Below, one piece after another: positions 40,059-50,847 of a stretch of DNA of 64,000 nt. The notes below the pieces were generated by a model, which was given only the letters and a program-made list of their open reading frames with translations, did no database searches and was not told the origin of the DNA. Source of the stretch: Candidatus Latescibacterota bacterium (GTDB taxonomy: Bacteria > Latescibacterota > UBA2968); NCBI GenBank assembly GCA_965116885.1, contig OZ220741.1:5280001-5344000 (forward strand), in the 5' to 3' direction. Position 1 is the first letter of the stretch. Every line of letters begins with the position of its first letter. The translations under genes and the position numbers were made by a program.

Positions 40059-40481
40059 TCAAAACGTTTGATCTTCTTCTTTTTCTTCTACACGCTCCCC
40101 ATAAGACAACTCGCACGTCCCCGTATCGCACGCCACGCGGCCTGAAAGGTAGCGATACCGCGCAATCAACGCATATCCCACCCGAAAAATGAGATTCAAA
40201 ACCGGCACGCGGTACAACCATGCAAACAGATGGAAAGGCGGCAGCCTGCGATAGATTTGATACACGGCATCCGCACCCACATAAATATCCTCTTTGCCCA
40301 CCAACAGACGCATACCCGTATTGAAATCCGACGACGCCAGCTTTGGAAAATGGGCTTCAATCCCCTGCGTCTGCCTGGGCAAATAATCAAACTGACTGCG
40401 TTTGTCTTTCTTTTTCATACGGCGAACGCTCCAGATACAAAAACGACATTCGCCGTCATATACAACAATCGGCTTTTCCAT
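40059..40481 (-). CDS. DCC1-like thiol-disulfide oxidoreductase (DUF393)
   Basis: VYDGECRFC motif; YALIARYRY; SD GGAGG. Confidence 0.85.
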   Translation of the reverse strand: MEKPIVVYDGECRFCIWSVRRMKKKDKRSQFDYLPRQTQGIEAHFPKLASSDFNTGMRLLVGKEDIYVGADAVYQIYRRLPPFHLFAWLYRVPVLNLIFRVGYALIARYRYLSGRVACDTGTCELSYGERVEEKEEDQTF

Positions 40482-40500
40482 CACGCCTCCGCGAAAAAAC

Positions 40501-41691
40501 CTAACTCCTCGGATAAAACACATCCACCAGAGTCTCCACATCATCCCATGCGCACAAAAATCGATCTTCAAATCCGCGATGGATATTGTGCTCGACCTCT
40601 GTCTCGTCGGGCAACGGGAACACAATCGTCTCGCGATCGGCCTCAATTGACGCATTCACCGCCAGACTCATCTCCTGATCCAACCGCCCCATCGCAGCAC
40701 CGTAATCCGGCTCGCGATCTTCTCGAACGGCATTGGCGATACTCAACAACTCATCTGCCACAGCCACTTGCCCTTCACTTAGCGCATAATTTGCAAATGG
40801 ATTCTCCCACCCAATTGCGCCGCCGGGCAACTCATAGCGAATCTCGCGCAACACATTTACCCCATTTACCGTTTCCGTCACGCGCACGGGTTCATAAGCC
40901 ACGCCCTGTGCACCGGTTTCCAATTCATCCTGTGGCACAACATACACATTGCCATCCACAATGCTACCCGCTGTCCCGTCAATCTCATCCATACCCGCTT
41001 GCTTGCGCCCGAGTGAACGCGCGTGAATCACATTGGAATACACCATCAGCGCGGCCACATCATTATCAAATTCCAAAAAACTCAAACTCCATCTTTCCAA
41101 CTCGTGATGTCGCTTCATGCGATCTATATGTGGAATCACGGGCGTTGTATGGCTCAACCCAATCACCTGCCTGGGATTGCCGCCAGCCAACACGCGCAAC
41201 AAACTCATCCCGTGATACCCGCCCTCGTGGCATATCCGATAGATCCGTCCAATCTCTCCAATAACATCTGATACGAGCACCTTCTTCTTCAAACGCTCAA
41301 TTGGCGCGCGATAATAATTCTCGGCAACCTCCAGATAAACGCCCGCATCTCGCGCCGCTCGAATCATCATATCTGATGCCGGTCGAGTCATAGCAATGGG
41401 CGTCTCCACAACCTGATGCACACCCGCTTGCGCCAAAAAACAGCAAATCGCATGGTGCGCCACGCCTGGCACCACCACATCGGCAACATCGATATCTTCA
41501 TTATCGACCAGGTCGCGCACACTCGTATAAGCCCTTACCCCGTGTTCTGCTGCCAAACTCTGGGCTGTTTCCTCCTCCTTATCGCAAATGGCGACAAAGT
41601 CAAAAACATCTGCCAACTGCACAATCACAGGCAAATGCGCCCCTGCGCCGCGCCGCCCAGCGCCCACAAGTGCAATTTTGAGACGATCCAT
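40501..41691 (-). CDS. Gfo/Idh/MocA family oxidoreductase
   Basis: KIALVGAG, VAICD, VETPIA (EKP variant), VAENY. Confidence 0.85.
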   Translation of the reverse strand: MDRLKIALVGAGRRGAGAHLPVIVQLADVFDFVAICDKEEETAQSLAAEHGVRAYTSVRDLVDNEDIDVADVVVPGVAHHAICCFLAQAGVHQVVETPIAMTRPASDMMIRAARDAGVYLEVAENYYRAPIERLKKKVLVSDVIGEIGRIYRICHEGGYHGMSLLRVLAGGNPRQVIGLSHTTPVIPHIDRMKRHHELERWSLSFLEFDNDVAALMVYSNVIHARSLGRKQAGMDEIDGTAGSIVDGNVYVVPQDELETGAQGVAYEPVRVTETVNGVNVLREIRYELPGGAIGWENPFANYALSEGQVAVADELLSIANAVREDREPDYGAAMGRLDQEMSLAVNASIEADRETIVFPLPDETEVEHNIHRGFEDRFLCAWDDVETLVDVFYPRS

Positions 41692-41821
41692 AACATCCCT
41701 CCAATAAAGTTTGTTTTCGCCATTCTGCTACCGGTCTAACATCAATCTACTTGCGGAATTTTTATCTTAACCTATCTTGGCGATAATTCAAACAATAATC
41801 AACACAAAAGAGGAGCAGGTC

Positions 41822-42238
41822 ATGTCGCAAAACAAAACCATCGGAGGTGGGGGCTTTCACCACGTTGCAATTCGCGCCCACGACTTTGACGCATCTGTAA
41901 AATTTTATACCGAAGCGATGGGATTTCAAAAAAAAATCTCCTGGGGTGAAGGCAAAAGACGCGCCATCATGCTCGACACCGGAGATGGGAATTACCTCGA
42001 AATTTTTGCCAATGGCACAGACGAACCCAAACCGGAAGGGTCCATCATCCACTTTGCACTGCGCACCAGCGATTGCGACGCCGCCATCGAACGCGCCAGA
42101 GCAGCCGGTGCCCAAATCACCGTAGAACCCAAAGACGTCGAAATTCCCAGCGAACCCCACAAAACCCCTGTACGCATCGCCTTTTGCAAAGGCCCCGATG
42201 ACGAAATCATCGAATTTTTTCAAAACGAATTGACGTAA
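41822..42238 (+). CDS. VOC/glyoxalase family protein
   Basis: FHHVAI, YLEIF, IHFAL, GPDDEIIEF; SD GAGGAG. Confidence 0.9.
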   Translation: MSQNKTIGGGGFHHVAIRAHDFDASVKFYTEAMGFQKKISWGEGKRRAIMLDTGDGNYLEIFANGTDEPKPEGSIIHFALRTSDCDAAIERARAAGAQITVEPKDVEIPSEPHKTPVRIAFCKGPDDEIIEFFQNELT

Positions 42239-42271
42239 TCAACTTGCATCTGCCGGGGAAAAGGAAAAATC

Positions 42272-42694
42272 ATGAACAAAATTATACCTGTTTTGTGTCT
42301 GATATTCGCAATCGCCGCATGCGGTGACGACAATCCCGCCGATTCGGGTCAACCCGTAGTCAATCAAACATTTAATCTGTCGAGTGGATCAATTGAAGAG
42401 TTTCGCTTTACCGTTGACACCGACTTACAGCAAAACGTCATCCTCCAGGGCGAATTTAGCGTTGAGAACGGCACTATTCAGATGGCTGTTATGGGCGAAG
42501 ACCAGTATCAAACCTGGATAGAAGGAGGCACGCCTACAGTGCTCTACAGCCCGGGCGAAACATCTGGAGAAACCTTTCGCTTACCCATTTACGACAGTGA
42601 CACTTACTACATCGTTTTTCGCAACGCAGGTGCAAATACCGTAACAGTCGAAGCAGAAATTTTCCTGCTCAGTACCGCTGAACCAGAGGTTTAG
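42272..42694 (+). CDS. Hypothetical lipoprotein
   Basis: Lipobox IAAC after a hydrophobic signal; beta-rich body. Confidence 0.7.
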   Translation: MNKIIPVLCLIFAIAACGDDNPADSGQPVVNQTFNLSSGSIEEFRFTVDTDLQQNVILQGEFSVENGTIQMAVMGEDQYQTWIEGGTPTVLYSPGETSGETFRLPIYDSDTYYIVFRNAGANTVTVEAEIFLLSTAEPEV

Positions 42695-42780
42695 ACTACC
42701 CGGAAAAATGCCTGCCTGTGCTTATCAGATATGCGGTGTCTGAAACGCAGCATCACCCTGTTTTTAGCCCAATTTTCCGA

Positions 42781-42809
42781 TTGACGAGACAAGAAGAACA
42801 AGTTATAAT
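42781..42809 (+). promoter_or_regulatory. Putative sigma70 promoter of the frd operon (TTGACG-N17-TATAAT)
   Basis: Near-consensus boxes read directly. Confidence 0.7.
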
Positions 42810-42849
42810 TATCCCTGTTCATTATCAATCACAGTTAAATGAGGTATTT

Positions 42850-44556
42850 ATGAACATCCCCAAGCACGACGTGCTCTTAGTAGGTGGAGGGGGTGCGGGG
42901 CTGCGTGCTGCAATCGCCGCATCTGAAACGTATCGTGGTGCAGATATTGGCGTAGTCTCCAAAGTCTATCCCATGCGAAGTCATACCGTCTCTGCCGAAG
43001 GTGGCACGGCAGCAGTCATGCGCGAAGACGACAATCTGGATCTACATGCTTATGACACCATCAAAGGCAGCGACTACCTCGGCGATCAGGATGTGGTCGA
43101 AGCCTTTGTCAAAGAAGCCGTTGATGAAGTCATCCAGTTAGAACACTGGGGGTGCCCCTGGAGCCGCGACGAAGACGGCCGCGTAAGCGTCCGCGCATTT
43201 GGTGGCATGAGTGTCAAACGCACGCTCTATGCCGCCGACAAAACCGGCTTCCACATGCTGCACGCCCTCTTTCAAACATCTCTCAAATACGACGCCATTA
43301 CCCGATATGACGAATGGTTTGTCACCTCATTACTCGTCGAAGATGGCAGGGTATGCGGCGTCACGGCTCTCAACATCCGATCCGGCAACATTCACGCCAT
43401 TGGCGCAAAATCCGTCATTATATGCACGGGTGGCGCGGGCAAAATTTTTCCATTTACCACCAATGCCGCTATCAAAAACGGCGACGGAATGGCTCTTGCC
43501 TACCGCATTGGCTGTCCACTAAAAGACCTCGAATTTGTACAATATCACCCCACTGGCCTGCCCGGCACGGGCATCTTAATGACCGAAGCCTCGCGGGGTG
43601 AAGGCGGCCACCTCGTCAACAGCAAAGGCGAACGCTACCTCAGCGAATACGTGCCAGGCAAAATGGAACTCGGTCCGCGCGACATCTTATCTCGCTCTTT
43701 CATTCACGAACAGCACCAGGGCAATGTCTTTGAAGGTCCCGATGGCAGCTACGTTCATCTCGACCTTCGACACCTGGGTGAAAAAGTCATCGACGAAAAA
43801 CTGCCCTTTGTGCGCGAACTCACCCGCAATTACGTCGGCATTGACCCCGTTTACGAACCCATTCCCGTGCGTCCAGTCGTCCACTACTGCATGGGCGGCG
43901 TACATACCGACATCAATGGCGCAACGCCCATCTCCGGTCTTTATGCCGCAGGCGAAGCGGCTTGTGTCAGCCTCAACGGGGCCAATCGCCTGGGGTCCAA
44001 CTCACTGACAGAATGTCTCGTCTTTGGCGCGCGTGCAGGTCAGGTAGCCGCGCAACACGCCGCCGATACAGACTTTGCAGATTCGGCCTCGATGGCCAAA
44101 ATGGCGCAAGACGAGCAAAAACGCATTGAAACCCAATTCTTTGGCAACAAAGGCAAAGAGCGCGTGGCCAATATCCGCGATGATCTCCGCAAAACCATGG
44201 AAGAAGGCGCGGGCATCTTCCGAACCGAAGACGCGCTCAAAACCACATGTGACACCATTCGCACCCTCAAAGAACGCTATGAAAATATCGGCATAGACGA
44301 CCACTCGCGCGTCTTCAATACCGATCTTGTCAACGCCCTCGAACTGGGTTACATGCTCGACGTCGCCGAAGGGCTCGCACATTCGGCCCTCTTGCGACGC
44401 GAATCCCGAGGCTCTCACGCGCGATCAGACTATGAAGAGCGCGACGACGAAAACTTCCTCAAACACTCTCTGGCCTATCAAACCGATGGCGACCCCCGCA
44501 TCGAGCACCTGCCCGTAACACTCACCCGCTGGGAACCCGAAGAACGAACCTATTAA
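42850..44556 (+). CDS. frdA: Fumarate reductase/succinate dehydrogenase flavoprotein subunit
   Basis: [16 protein letters not shown] (covalent FAD His), [30 protein letters not shown]. Confidence 0.92.
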   Translation: MNIPKHDVLLVGGGGAGLRAAIAASETYRGADIGVVSKVYPMRSHTVSAEGGTAAVMREDDNLDLHAYDTIKGSDYLGDQDVVEAFVKEAVDEVIQLEHWGCPWSRDEDGRVSVRAFGGMSVKRTLYAADKTGFHMLHALFQTSLKYDAITRYDEWFVTSLLVEDGRVCGVTALNIRSGNIHAIGAKSVIICTGGAGKIFPFTTNAAIKNGDGMALAYRIGCPLKDLEFVQYHPTGLPGTGILMTEASRGEGGHLVNSKGERYLSEYVPGKMELGPRDILSRSFIHEQHQGNVFEGPDGSYVHLDLRHLGEKVIDEKLPFVRELTRNYVGIDPVYEPIPVRPVVHYCMGGVHTDINGATPISGLYAAGEAACVSLNGANRLGSNSLTECLVFGARAGQVAAQHAADTDFADSASMAKMAQDEQKRIETQFFGNKGKERVANIRDDLRKTMEEGAGIFRTEDALKTTCDTIRTLKERYENIGIDDHSRVFNTDLVNALELGYMLDVAEGLAHSALLRRESRGSHARSDYEERDDENFLKHSLAYQTDGDPRIEHLPVTLTRWEPEERTY

Positions 44557-44566
44557 AGGAAAATCT

Positions 44567-45319
44567 ATGAGCGATCTCAGAACCATAAAAATTACGGTAT
44601 TGCGCTATCGTCCAGAAGAAGAGGACGCGCCAACCAAACAGACTTACGAAGTTGAATTTCGCGACGACTGGGTCGTTCTCGACGCGCTCAACCACATCAA
44701 AGACCACATCGACGGCACGCTTTCATTCCGCTGGTCTTGTCGCATGGGCGTGTGCGGCAGTTGCGGCATGATGGTCAATGGCGAACCCAAACTCACCTGT
44801 GCCGCGATGTTGCGCGACTATTATCCCAACGAAGTGCGCGTGGACCCTCTGGTCAACTTCCCTATCGTGCGCGATCTCGTCACCGACATGACCGACTTTA
44901 TGGACAAACTCAAAGCGGTCAAACCCTGGATCATCCGAGAAGAAGAAAAACCCGTATCCGAAGGGGAATACCTCCAGACGCCGGATCAGCTCAAAGATTA
45001 CAAACAATTCAGCCAGTGCATCAACTGCATGCTCTGTTACGCAGCCTGCCCGGTCTATGGCCTCGAACACGACTTCGTCGGTCCGGCCGCAATTGCCCTG
45101 GGCCACCGCTACAACCTCGATTCCCGAGATGAAGGCAATCAGCAACGTCAACACGTCATCGCCAGCAAAGAAGGCATCTGGGAATGCACGTATGTCGGTG
45201 AATGCTCCGTCGTTTGTCCCAAACACGTCGATCCCGCAGAAGCCATTCAACAGACCAAAGTGGCAACCACAACCAACCGCTTGAAATCGCTTGTCATGCC
45301 CTGGGGAAACAAAAAATGA
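44567..45319 (+). CDS. frdB: Fumarate reductase iron-sulfur subunit
   Basis: [34 protein letters not shown]. Confidence 0.92.
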   Translation: MSDLRTIKITVLRYRPEEEDAPTKQTYEVEFRDDWVVLDALNHIKDHIDGTLSFRWSCRMGVCGSCGMMVNGEPKLTCAAMLRDYYPNEVRVDPLVNFPIVRDLVTDMTDFMDKLKAVKPWIIREEEKPVSEGEYLQTPDQLKDYKQFSQCINCMLCYAACPVYGLEHDFVGPAAIALGHRYNLDSRDEGNQQRQHVIASKEGIWECTYVGECSVVCPKHVDPAEAIQQTKVATTTNRLKSLVMPWGNKK

Positions 45320-45750
45320 TGCTCGACTCAGAAAAGACCAAAACCTATACGCGCCCCATATCCAAAGCCTGGTGGCTGCGCGACCGCGGACATTTTAATC
45401 GCAGATATTTCATGTTCTTGCTCCGCGAACTCACAAGCGTATTCGTCGCCCTGTACGTTGTACTCTTTATCTACGAACTGTTTCTTCTGACAAAAGGACC
45501 TGACGCACACGCTACCTTCCAGGAATCCCTCAGATCAGGTCCCTTTATTGTCTTTTTTGTCATCGCCCTGCTCTTCGCCATGTACCACAGCTGGACCTGG
45601 TTGGGGCTAACGACCAAAATGCAGGCAGCTGGACGTGGCCTCGTCAAAATTGGCACAAAGACCCTGCCACCCATTTTTATTGCGCTGGGGTCTTATGGCG
45701 CCTGGATAGTTGCAACAATCGTCATCGCCTACCTGTTCCTAACTCTTTAG
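45316..45750 (+). CDS. frdC: Fumarate reductase membrane anchor C
   Basis: [22 protein letters not shown]; three TM helices; ATGA overlap with frdB. Confidence 0.85.
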   Translation: MMLDSEKTKTYTRPISKAWWLRDRGHFNRRYFMFLLRELTSVFVALYVVLFIYELFLLTKGPDAHATFQESLRSGPFIVFFVIALLFAMYHSWTWLGLTTKMQAAGRGLVKIGTKTLPPIFIALGSYGAWIVATIVIAYLFLTL

Positions 45751-45765
45751 ACCGAGGATATCGCC

Positions 45766-46128
45766 GTGAATTACAAAGAACACAAAAGCGAACCCTTCTG
45801 GTGGGGCATGTTCTCGCAAGGCGGTGTTATTGCCGCACTCCTCATACCCATCCACATTTTCTTATGTGGTCTGGCTGTTCCTTTAGGGCTTATAGACCCC
45901 GAACTTCTGTCTTACGAGCGAATAACAGCACTGCTCCAAAATCCATTGGTCAAAGTCTATCTCTGTGTCCTGCTCATCTTCCCCCTCTACCACGCGGCTC
46001 ACCGAATTCGCTTCACCCTCGCCGAAATCGGATTGCACAGCCTCGCCAAAGTCCTGCCCTTTCTCTGTTATGGCGGCGCACTATTGGGCACAGCCGTAGT
46101 CCTCTACATCTTGTGGGTATTGCTCTAA
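45766..46128 (+). CDS. frdD: Fumarate reductase membrane anchor D
   Basis: SEPFWWGMFSQGG, HAAHRIR, CYG. Confidence 0.88.
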   Translation: MNYKEHKSEPFWWGMFSQGGVIAALLIPIHIFLCGLAVPLGLIDPELLSYERITALLQNPLVKVYLCVLLIFPLYHAAHRIRFTLAEIGLHSLAKVLPFLCYGGALLGTAVVLYILWVLL

Positions 46129-46149
46129 GCCATCTCAACAAAAAATAAA

Positions 46150-46186
46150 AAGCTCGGATGAATGTTGAAGAAGTTCATTCGAGCTT
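46150..46186. terminator. Stem-loop between convergent frdD and SGNH genes
   Basis: AAGCTCGGATGAA...TTCATTCGAGCTT with an A-tract on the left side. Confidence 0.55.
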
Positions 46187-46211
46187 GTGTCTTACGGCAA
46201 AAAACCGATTT

Positions 46212-47285
46212 CTATTTTGTTTTCTTTATCCTTCTAATCTTCCTGACCTTTCTAACGGTCCCGGCCCCCTCATCGCGATCTAACAGAGATTCCAACCGCC
46301 CCGCAACGCGCTCTCCCATCTCGATCATCCCGTGGTCCCCTGGATGAATCAGGTCTTCCGTCAACCCACCGATATTGCTCAACATTTCTGCCCCTTCAAT
46401 CAAATGTGCATTCTCATGGGGACAACCATCCACCGCATCTCGCAAAGCCTGCCTGAAAGCCGCCGTCCTTTCGCGTTCTTCGGCATCGCCACAAAATTCT
46501 CTAAAATGCGGATAAATCGTAATACACCCCACGGGTCGGTCGGGATTTGCACCTGCAACCGCATTTACCATATACGTCACGCGCTCGGAAAATTCCGACA
46601 GAGAAAATCCCGCACCCATCATATTGACAGACAAAGCCAGCGTCGCCACATCCCAATCGTCGCGCGCAGCGATATAATCGGCCAATTCGCTTTCGCAATA
46701 AGCCGATCCCCCCACGCCCAAATTGATCAAATCCGCGCCCAAACGCCACGCCACCTGACTCACATAGGTCAAATGCATCGCCGTAGCCGACGCGCCGTGT
46801 GTAATCGACGTGCCATAGCTCAAATACCGCCGCTTTGGCAACTCGTCAACCGTGGGCGGGCGAAGTCCTTCGCCGTCAATACTGTGATAGTGCAAACTGG
46901 TATTTCTCAAGACCAACCGCCACACATTGTGCGAAAAAGGCAAATCCCGCACCGCCTCAGATTCAATCGTCTTCAATCTTGCAGGATAAGTCAATTCCAA
47001 CGTCTTTGGCTCTCTCCCAATTTGAAAACGCTCTTTCCCCTGAAAAGGGCCAAAAAACGGAATCACTTCAGCCGATCCGCCCGGACTGGACAGCGTCACA
47101 TTGACCTTATTGCCCGCACTCACAAAACGGATCTCCGACCCCGCCGGACTCAGCATGCGTTCCTGGGCACCCGCATTCAAACACAACCGCACATCTTCGG
47201 GCACGCGCTGCACCCGAAGCCCATCTCTTCCCTCAACTTCTCGCAATTCAGCTACATTGTGAAATTCGACATTGTCGTGAATCAT
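46212..47285 (-). CDS. SGNH/GDSL hydrolase family protein
   Basis: YGTSITHG, NLGVGG, SVN, DLIHP. Confidence 0.82.
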   Translation of the reverse strand: MIHDNVEFHNVAELREVEGRDGLRVQRVPEDVRLCLNAGAQERMLSPAGSEIRFVSAGNKVNVTLSSPGGSAEVIPFFGPFQGKERFQIGREPKTLELTYPARLKTIESEAVRDLPFSHNVWRLVLRNTSLHYHSIDGEGLRPPTVDELPKRRYLSYGTSITHGASATAMHLTYVSQVAWRLGADLINLGVGGSAYCESELADYIAARDDWDVATLALSVNMMGAGFSLSEFSERVTYMVNAVAGANPDRPVGCITIYPHFREFCGDAEERERTAAFRQALRDAVDGCPHENAHLIEGAEMLSNIGGLTEDLIHPGDHGMIEMGERVAGRLESLLDRDEGAGTVRKVRKIRRIKKTK

Positions 47286-47314
47286 AAAAAACTCCTGTTA
47301 AAGAATTTTCAGAC

Positions 47315-48847
47315 TTACACCTGGGGAACCAGAACGGCTCCATCGGCTGTTGTGGCCCGGAAAGCAAACGCCCAGCCACCGTGATTGGAGCCCCGGTCAT
47401 TACTGAGCTTGAGCACGATAGAATTGGCACCTGCCCGAAGCGTCACCGGAATGCTCTGTGCTCGAAAAGCGTAGTGGTGCCCCAGATCGAAAACCTCATC
47501 GTTTACGCGCAGAATCAAAGCGTCATCCCAGGCCACACGCAGGATTGCCGTCATATCCGCAGGTGCATGTAAGACGCAGCGGGCAAGCGCTGCGCCCACA
47601 TCGGTATTGCCCACACCCGGACCCCAGGGCCGAAACACATGGTTAAAATCGACAAATCCGTGGTGGGCGGCGCGTTTGACCCAACGCGCTACGTCCCGTC
47701 CCCGTTGTCGTGAGCCAGCGGTCAACCAGGCCGACTCTTCACCGTGCAAACCATCAAACGTCGCTTCTATCTGAAAGGCCGTCTCTGGGGGCAAGGTCGT
47801 TTCCATCGCTTGACCGTTGTGATTGGCGAAGGGACCGCATAGCCACCATTCGCCGCTGGCCGGCAGCGGCAGATCATGGGTGTCGCGCGGCAGTTCGACA
47901 CCGGGCAGCAGTTGCGACCAATCGGGCATGGCGAAGAACGGTCGCACGGCGTCCTGCTGGTACCAATAGACGGTAGAGCAGATATCGTTTGCCATACAGC
48001 CGAAGCGCATGTGAATCGATTGCTGGAAGGGAAGTGCGTCCTTTTCGAAGAAGCGGTAGCCCACCAACCGTTGCGCCGGGCGCGCCTGCCCCACATCCTC
48101 ATGCACATAGTAAGGCATTGCGGCGTAGTGATGGGTTTCGGGCGGATGCAGGGCACCCCCGTAGCCAGCCCCAAAGGTATCCTCACCCCCAATGCCGCGC
48201 AAAAAGGCCGGGTGTTCGCCCTCTCCATCAATGTAGATATTTTCAGCCCCGCCGTGGCTCCAGCGATCGACATCATCGAGCAAACGCACGCCGTACACAA
48301 AGCCCAACAACTCTCCCGGCCCGTCGGCATCCAGCATCAGGAAGTCTTCACCGTAGCGCTGGGTCGGCATCTCTCGCCGCCAGCGGGCGCAGAAACGTCT
48401 CCGTTCGCTCAGCGTCTGATTGGGGTAGCGGTGCCAATCCACCTGCAGGTAGGCGCGGTTCTCTTCAGGTCCGGCTTCAAACTCAACCCGTGCGGATCGG
48501 GCGAAGGGCATCTGGAAGTAGCAGTTGTAGCCAATCCAGGCCTTGACCGACAGGAAGTGGGTGTCTATCGGATACCAGCCCTGGCCATGCATGACCCCAA
48601 AAAAGTCACCGACGGGCGCCTCAACATAGGGGATCGGCTCATCATCGAAATAGATGCGGATAAGCACTTTGCGGCTGGTCATAGGTATGCGCTCTGGCCG
48701 CGACAGTACGACCCAAAGGTGCTGAATACACCCTGGTCCATCGAGTTCGGCATAGACGGCTTTTTGGTTCGCCAGCAAAGGTCCGTTCATACTGACGCGA
48801 TCGGGGATACCACCTTCAGGAAGTTGTAAATCCATAGCAGACTCCAT
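47315..48847 (-). CDS. DUF2961 (GH172-like) glycoside hydrolase
   Basis: GPGCIQHLW, EAPVGDFFG, NCYFQMPF, GGEDTFG, STVYWYQ. Confidence 0.8.
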   Translation of the reverse strand: MESAMDLQLPEGGIPDRVSMNGPLLANQKAVYAELDGPGCIQHLWVVLSRPERIPMTSRKVLIRIYFDDEPIPYVEAPVGDFFGVMHGQGWYPIDTHFLSVKAWIGYNCYFQMPFARSARVEFEAGPEENRAYLQVDWHRYPNQTLSERRRFCARWRREMPTQRYGEDFLMLDADGPGELLGFVYGVRLLDDVDRWSHGGAENIYIDGEGEHPAFLRGIGGEDTFGAGYGGALHPPETHHYAAMPYYVHEDVGQARPAQRLVGYRFFEKDALPFQQSIHMRFGCMANDICSTVYWYQQDAVRPFFAMPDWSQLLPGVELPRDTHDLPLPASGEWWLCGPFANHNGQAMETTLPPETAFQIEATFDGLHGEESAWLTAGSRQRGRDVARWVKRAAHHGFVDFNHVFRPWGPGVGNTDVGAALARCVLHAPADMTAILRVAWDDALILRVNDEVFDLGHHYAFRAQSIPVTLRAGANSIVLKLSNDRGSNHGGWAFAFRATTADGAVLVPQV

Positions 48848-48856
48848 ACTTGTTTA

Positions 48857-50821
48857 TCACTTTCGCACCCATGCCTCGCCCGAAGATAGATCTCGTCCAA
48901 GCGTCCATGTTTTCTCAAAAGCCTCAACAGTCAATTCAACGCGGTTATCTCCAGCGCGAAATACATCGGACAATTCGGCTGCAACGCCGGGAACATCTGT
49001 TCCGCGATAGGGTACAACCACAGTCAAAAACGCCGTGGGTGCCTGCTCGTTCAGCGCAAAACGAAATGCTTTGCGCGGCATGCGAGAACCATAAGTCCAT
49101 GCAAACCAACCCTCTTCTTCTGCCATACACGTCTCGCAATTTGCACCAGCCTGCACCAGCACATTAGCGTCGTCAAATTGCGTAAAGGCACGCCTTCCCG
49201 CCTCGTCAAACACCACATCGCCCGGCGCAAACTGGAAATGCAAATCCAGTTGACCGGGAACATTGCCAATCGCCTCGTCCAAAAACGCGAAAAACTGTCG
49301 ATTGACAAACCACACCGAACGGCGGTGAACCAATCCCGGATACGATCCATTCTCCACCACCAGCACATCGCTATCCGCCCCTTCTGACACCCACAATAAA
49401 TGCCGCCCATCATCGGACGTATCACCGCCATCCAACGTCAAAGTCTGATGCACTGTCGTCTGCCGATGCCACGCGCGGCCTTCTGCATCGTGACCATAAG
49501 TATAAAAACCCGTATCATTCATCAACCAGCGCCCATAAGCGTACAATTCAAACGTCCCATTATCCGGTTGATCGTGGCTCGAAATAGCGGGCGGCGAACA
49601 ATGCAGCGCCATGTGAATCTGATTGGGTCCCCAATCGTCGCGCATCACATACAAACCCGCCTCTTGAAATGCACGACTCTTTTGCTCGGGCAAAAATTCG
49701 CGATTTAGCGTCGCGCGCGCAGCGTATTTGGGATCACCCAGCAATTCCGTAGCTTCGATAAGTGCGCCATAAAGTCCCCACTTTGAGCGATCATCCGTCT
49801 CCTTTAACGAACGCGACCCATCGCCAAACATCGGCGCACCCAGATCGGGCGACGCAATCCAAAAAATATAGTCATACATCAACCGCACGCGCTCGCGAAA
49901 CGCCTCTGAAATCTCAATGTCAAAGGTATCCATGCGTCCAAAAATCTCCACAGCATCTCGCAACACCCCCGTATGATACCCAAAAGACCACTCTCGCTGA
50001 ACGCCATCCGTTGTTGTCTGCGCCAAAAAATTCTCTTCAACCCGCTCCAGTGCCAATTTCATCCACTCACGCGACTCCGCAAACTCGCGGAACGTATAGG
50101 CAATATTGATAAACCCCCGCTGTTCAAACACGGCCTTATTGTGAACCAATCCCATCGGAATCAGCTTTGTCTTAACCTGATGATCGTACAGACTTGCCAG
50201 CAACAGACCGAGAAACTCGGGCGTAAATGCCTCGGCATGAACCAAACTGCGAAATGCCGAACAGATATTCGTCGCCCGAATACCCGTCTGAATATCCAGC
50301 CAGACAAACCCCTTCCAATACGTATAAACGGAATGGGTTTTGGTGTGATTTTCCAGCGGATGTTTTGCAATCCAATCGGTCGTCATCTCCACAAATGTCT
50401 GGGCGTATTTCTCATCGCGCGTCGCAGCATAAGCCTGTACGAGCGGTGCAGCCCAATAAAAGCGATACACAGCCGCAACCCATTCAATATCGCCGCGGGG
50501 ATCCCATTCCCAGTCAAAATCGTCGCCATAACGCGCCTCTTCATAAGGTCCCCACTGAATAACGCGCTGACAAATCTTATCGGCAGTTGTAAAATCGCCT
50601 TCTCCAGACGCCTCACCTATTGGATATTTCGCCCGATAATAATCGCGCAATGCTGTAAGTGCGCCACTTCGACCCCCAGCATCTGCAGCCCGTTTTGCCG
50701 CCTCTAAACCCGTCAGATCTAATTTTTCCAGAATCCGCTCCGGATCAAACGACACCAAAGGCATCTCGTGATCAATTTGATCCGCCCCTTTGGGATACTC
50801 CACTACTGAACTCATAGCCAT
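48857..50821 (-). CDS. Heparinase II/III family polysaccharide lyase
   Basis: HN, DGVQREWSFGYH, HDQPDNGTFEL, DTGFYTY, HQTL, HRRSV. Confidence 0.82.
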   Translation of the reverse strand: MAMSSVVEYPKGADQIDHEMPLVSFDPERILEKLDLTGLEAAKRAADAGGRSGALTALRDYYRAKYPIGEASGEGDFTTADKICQRVIQWGPYEEARYGDDFDWEWDPRGDIEWVAAVYRFYWAAPLVQAYAATRDEKYAQTFVEMTTDWIAKHPLENHTKTHSVYTYWKGFVWLDIQTGIRATNICSAFRSLVHAEAFTPEFLGLLLASLYDHQVKTKLIPMGLVHNKAVFEQRGFINIAYTFREFAESREWMKLALERVEENFLAQTTTDGVQREWSFGYHTGVLRDAVEIFGRMDTFDIEISEAFRERVRLMYDYIFWIASPDLGAPMFGDGSRSLKETDDRSKWGLYGALIEATELLGDPKYAARATLNREFLPEQKSRAFQEAGLYVMRDDWGPNQIHMALHCSPPAISSHDQPDNGTFELYAYGRWLMNDTGFYTYGHDAEGRAWHRQTTVHQTLTLDGGDTSDDGRHLLWVSEGADSDVLVVENGSYPGLVHRRSVWFVNRQFFAFLDEAIGNVPGQLDLHFQFAPGDVVFDEAGRRAFTQFDDANVLVQAGANCETCMAEEEGWFAWTYGSRMPRKAFRFALNEQAPTAFLTVVVPYRGTDVPGVAAELSDVFRAGDNRVELTVEAFEKTWTLGRDLSSGEAWVRK

Positions 50822-50847
50822 GCCCTCCGATTATTGAACTCGCCATC

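Noticed and set aside
40230..41264. 344-aa plus-strand ORF
   Set aside because: Antisense to the DUF393 and Gfo/Idh/MocA genes; Pro/His/Arg-rich shadow composition.
46332..48829. 350-aa and 317-aa plus-strand ORFs
   Set aside because: Antisense shadows of the SGNH and DUF2961 genes.
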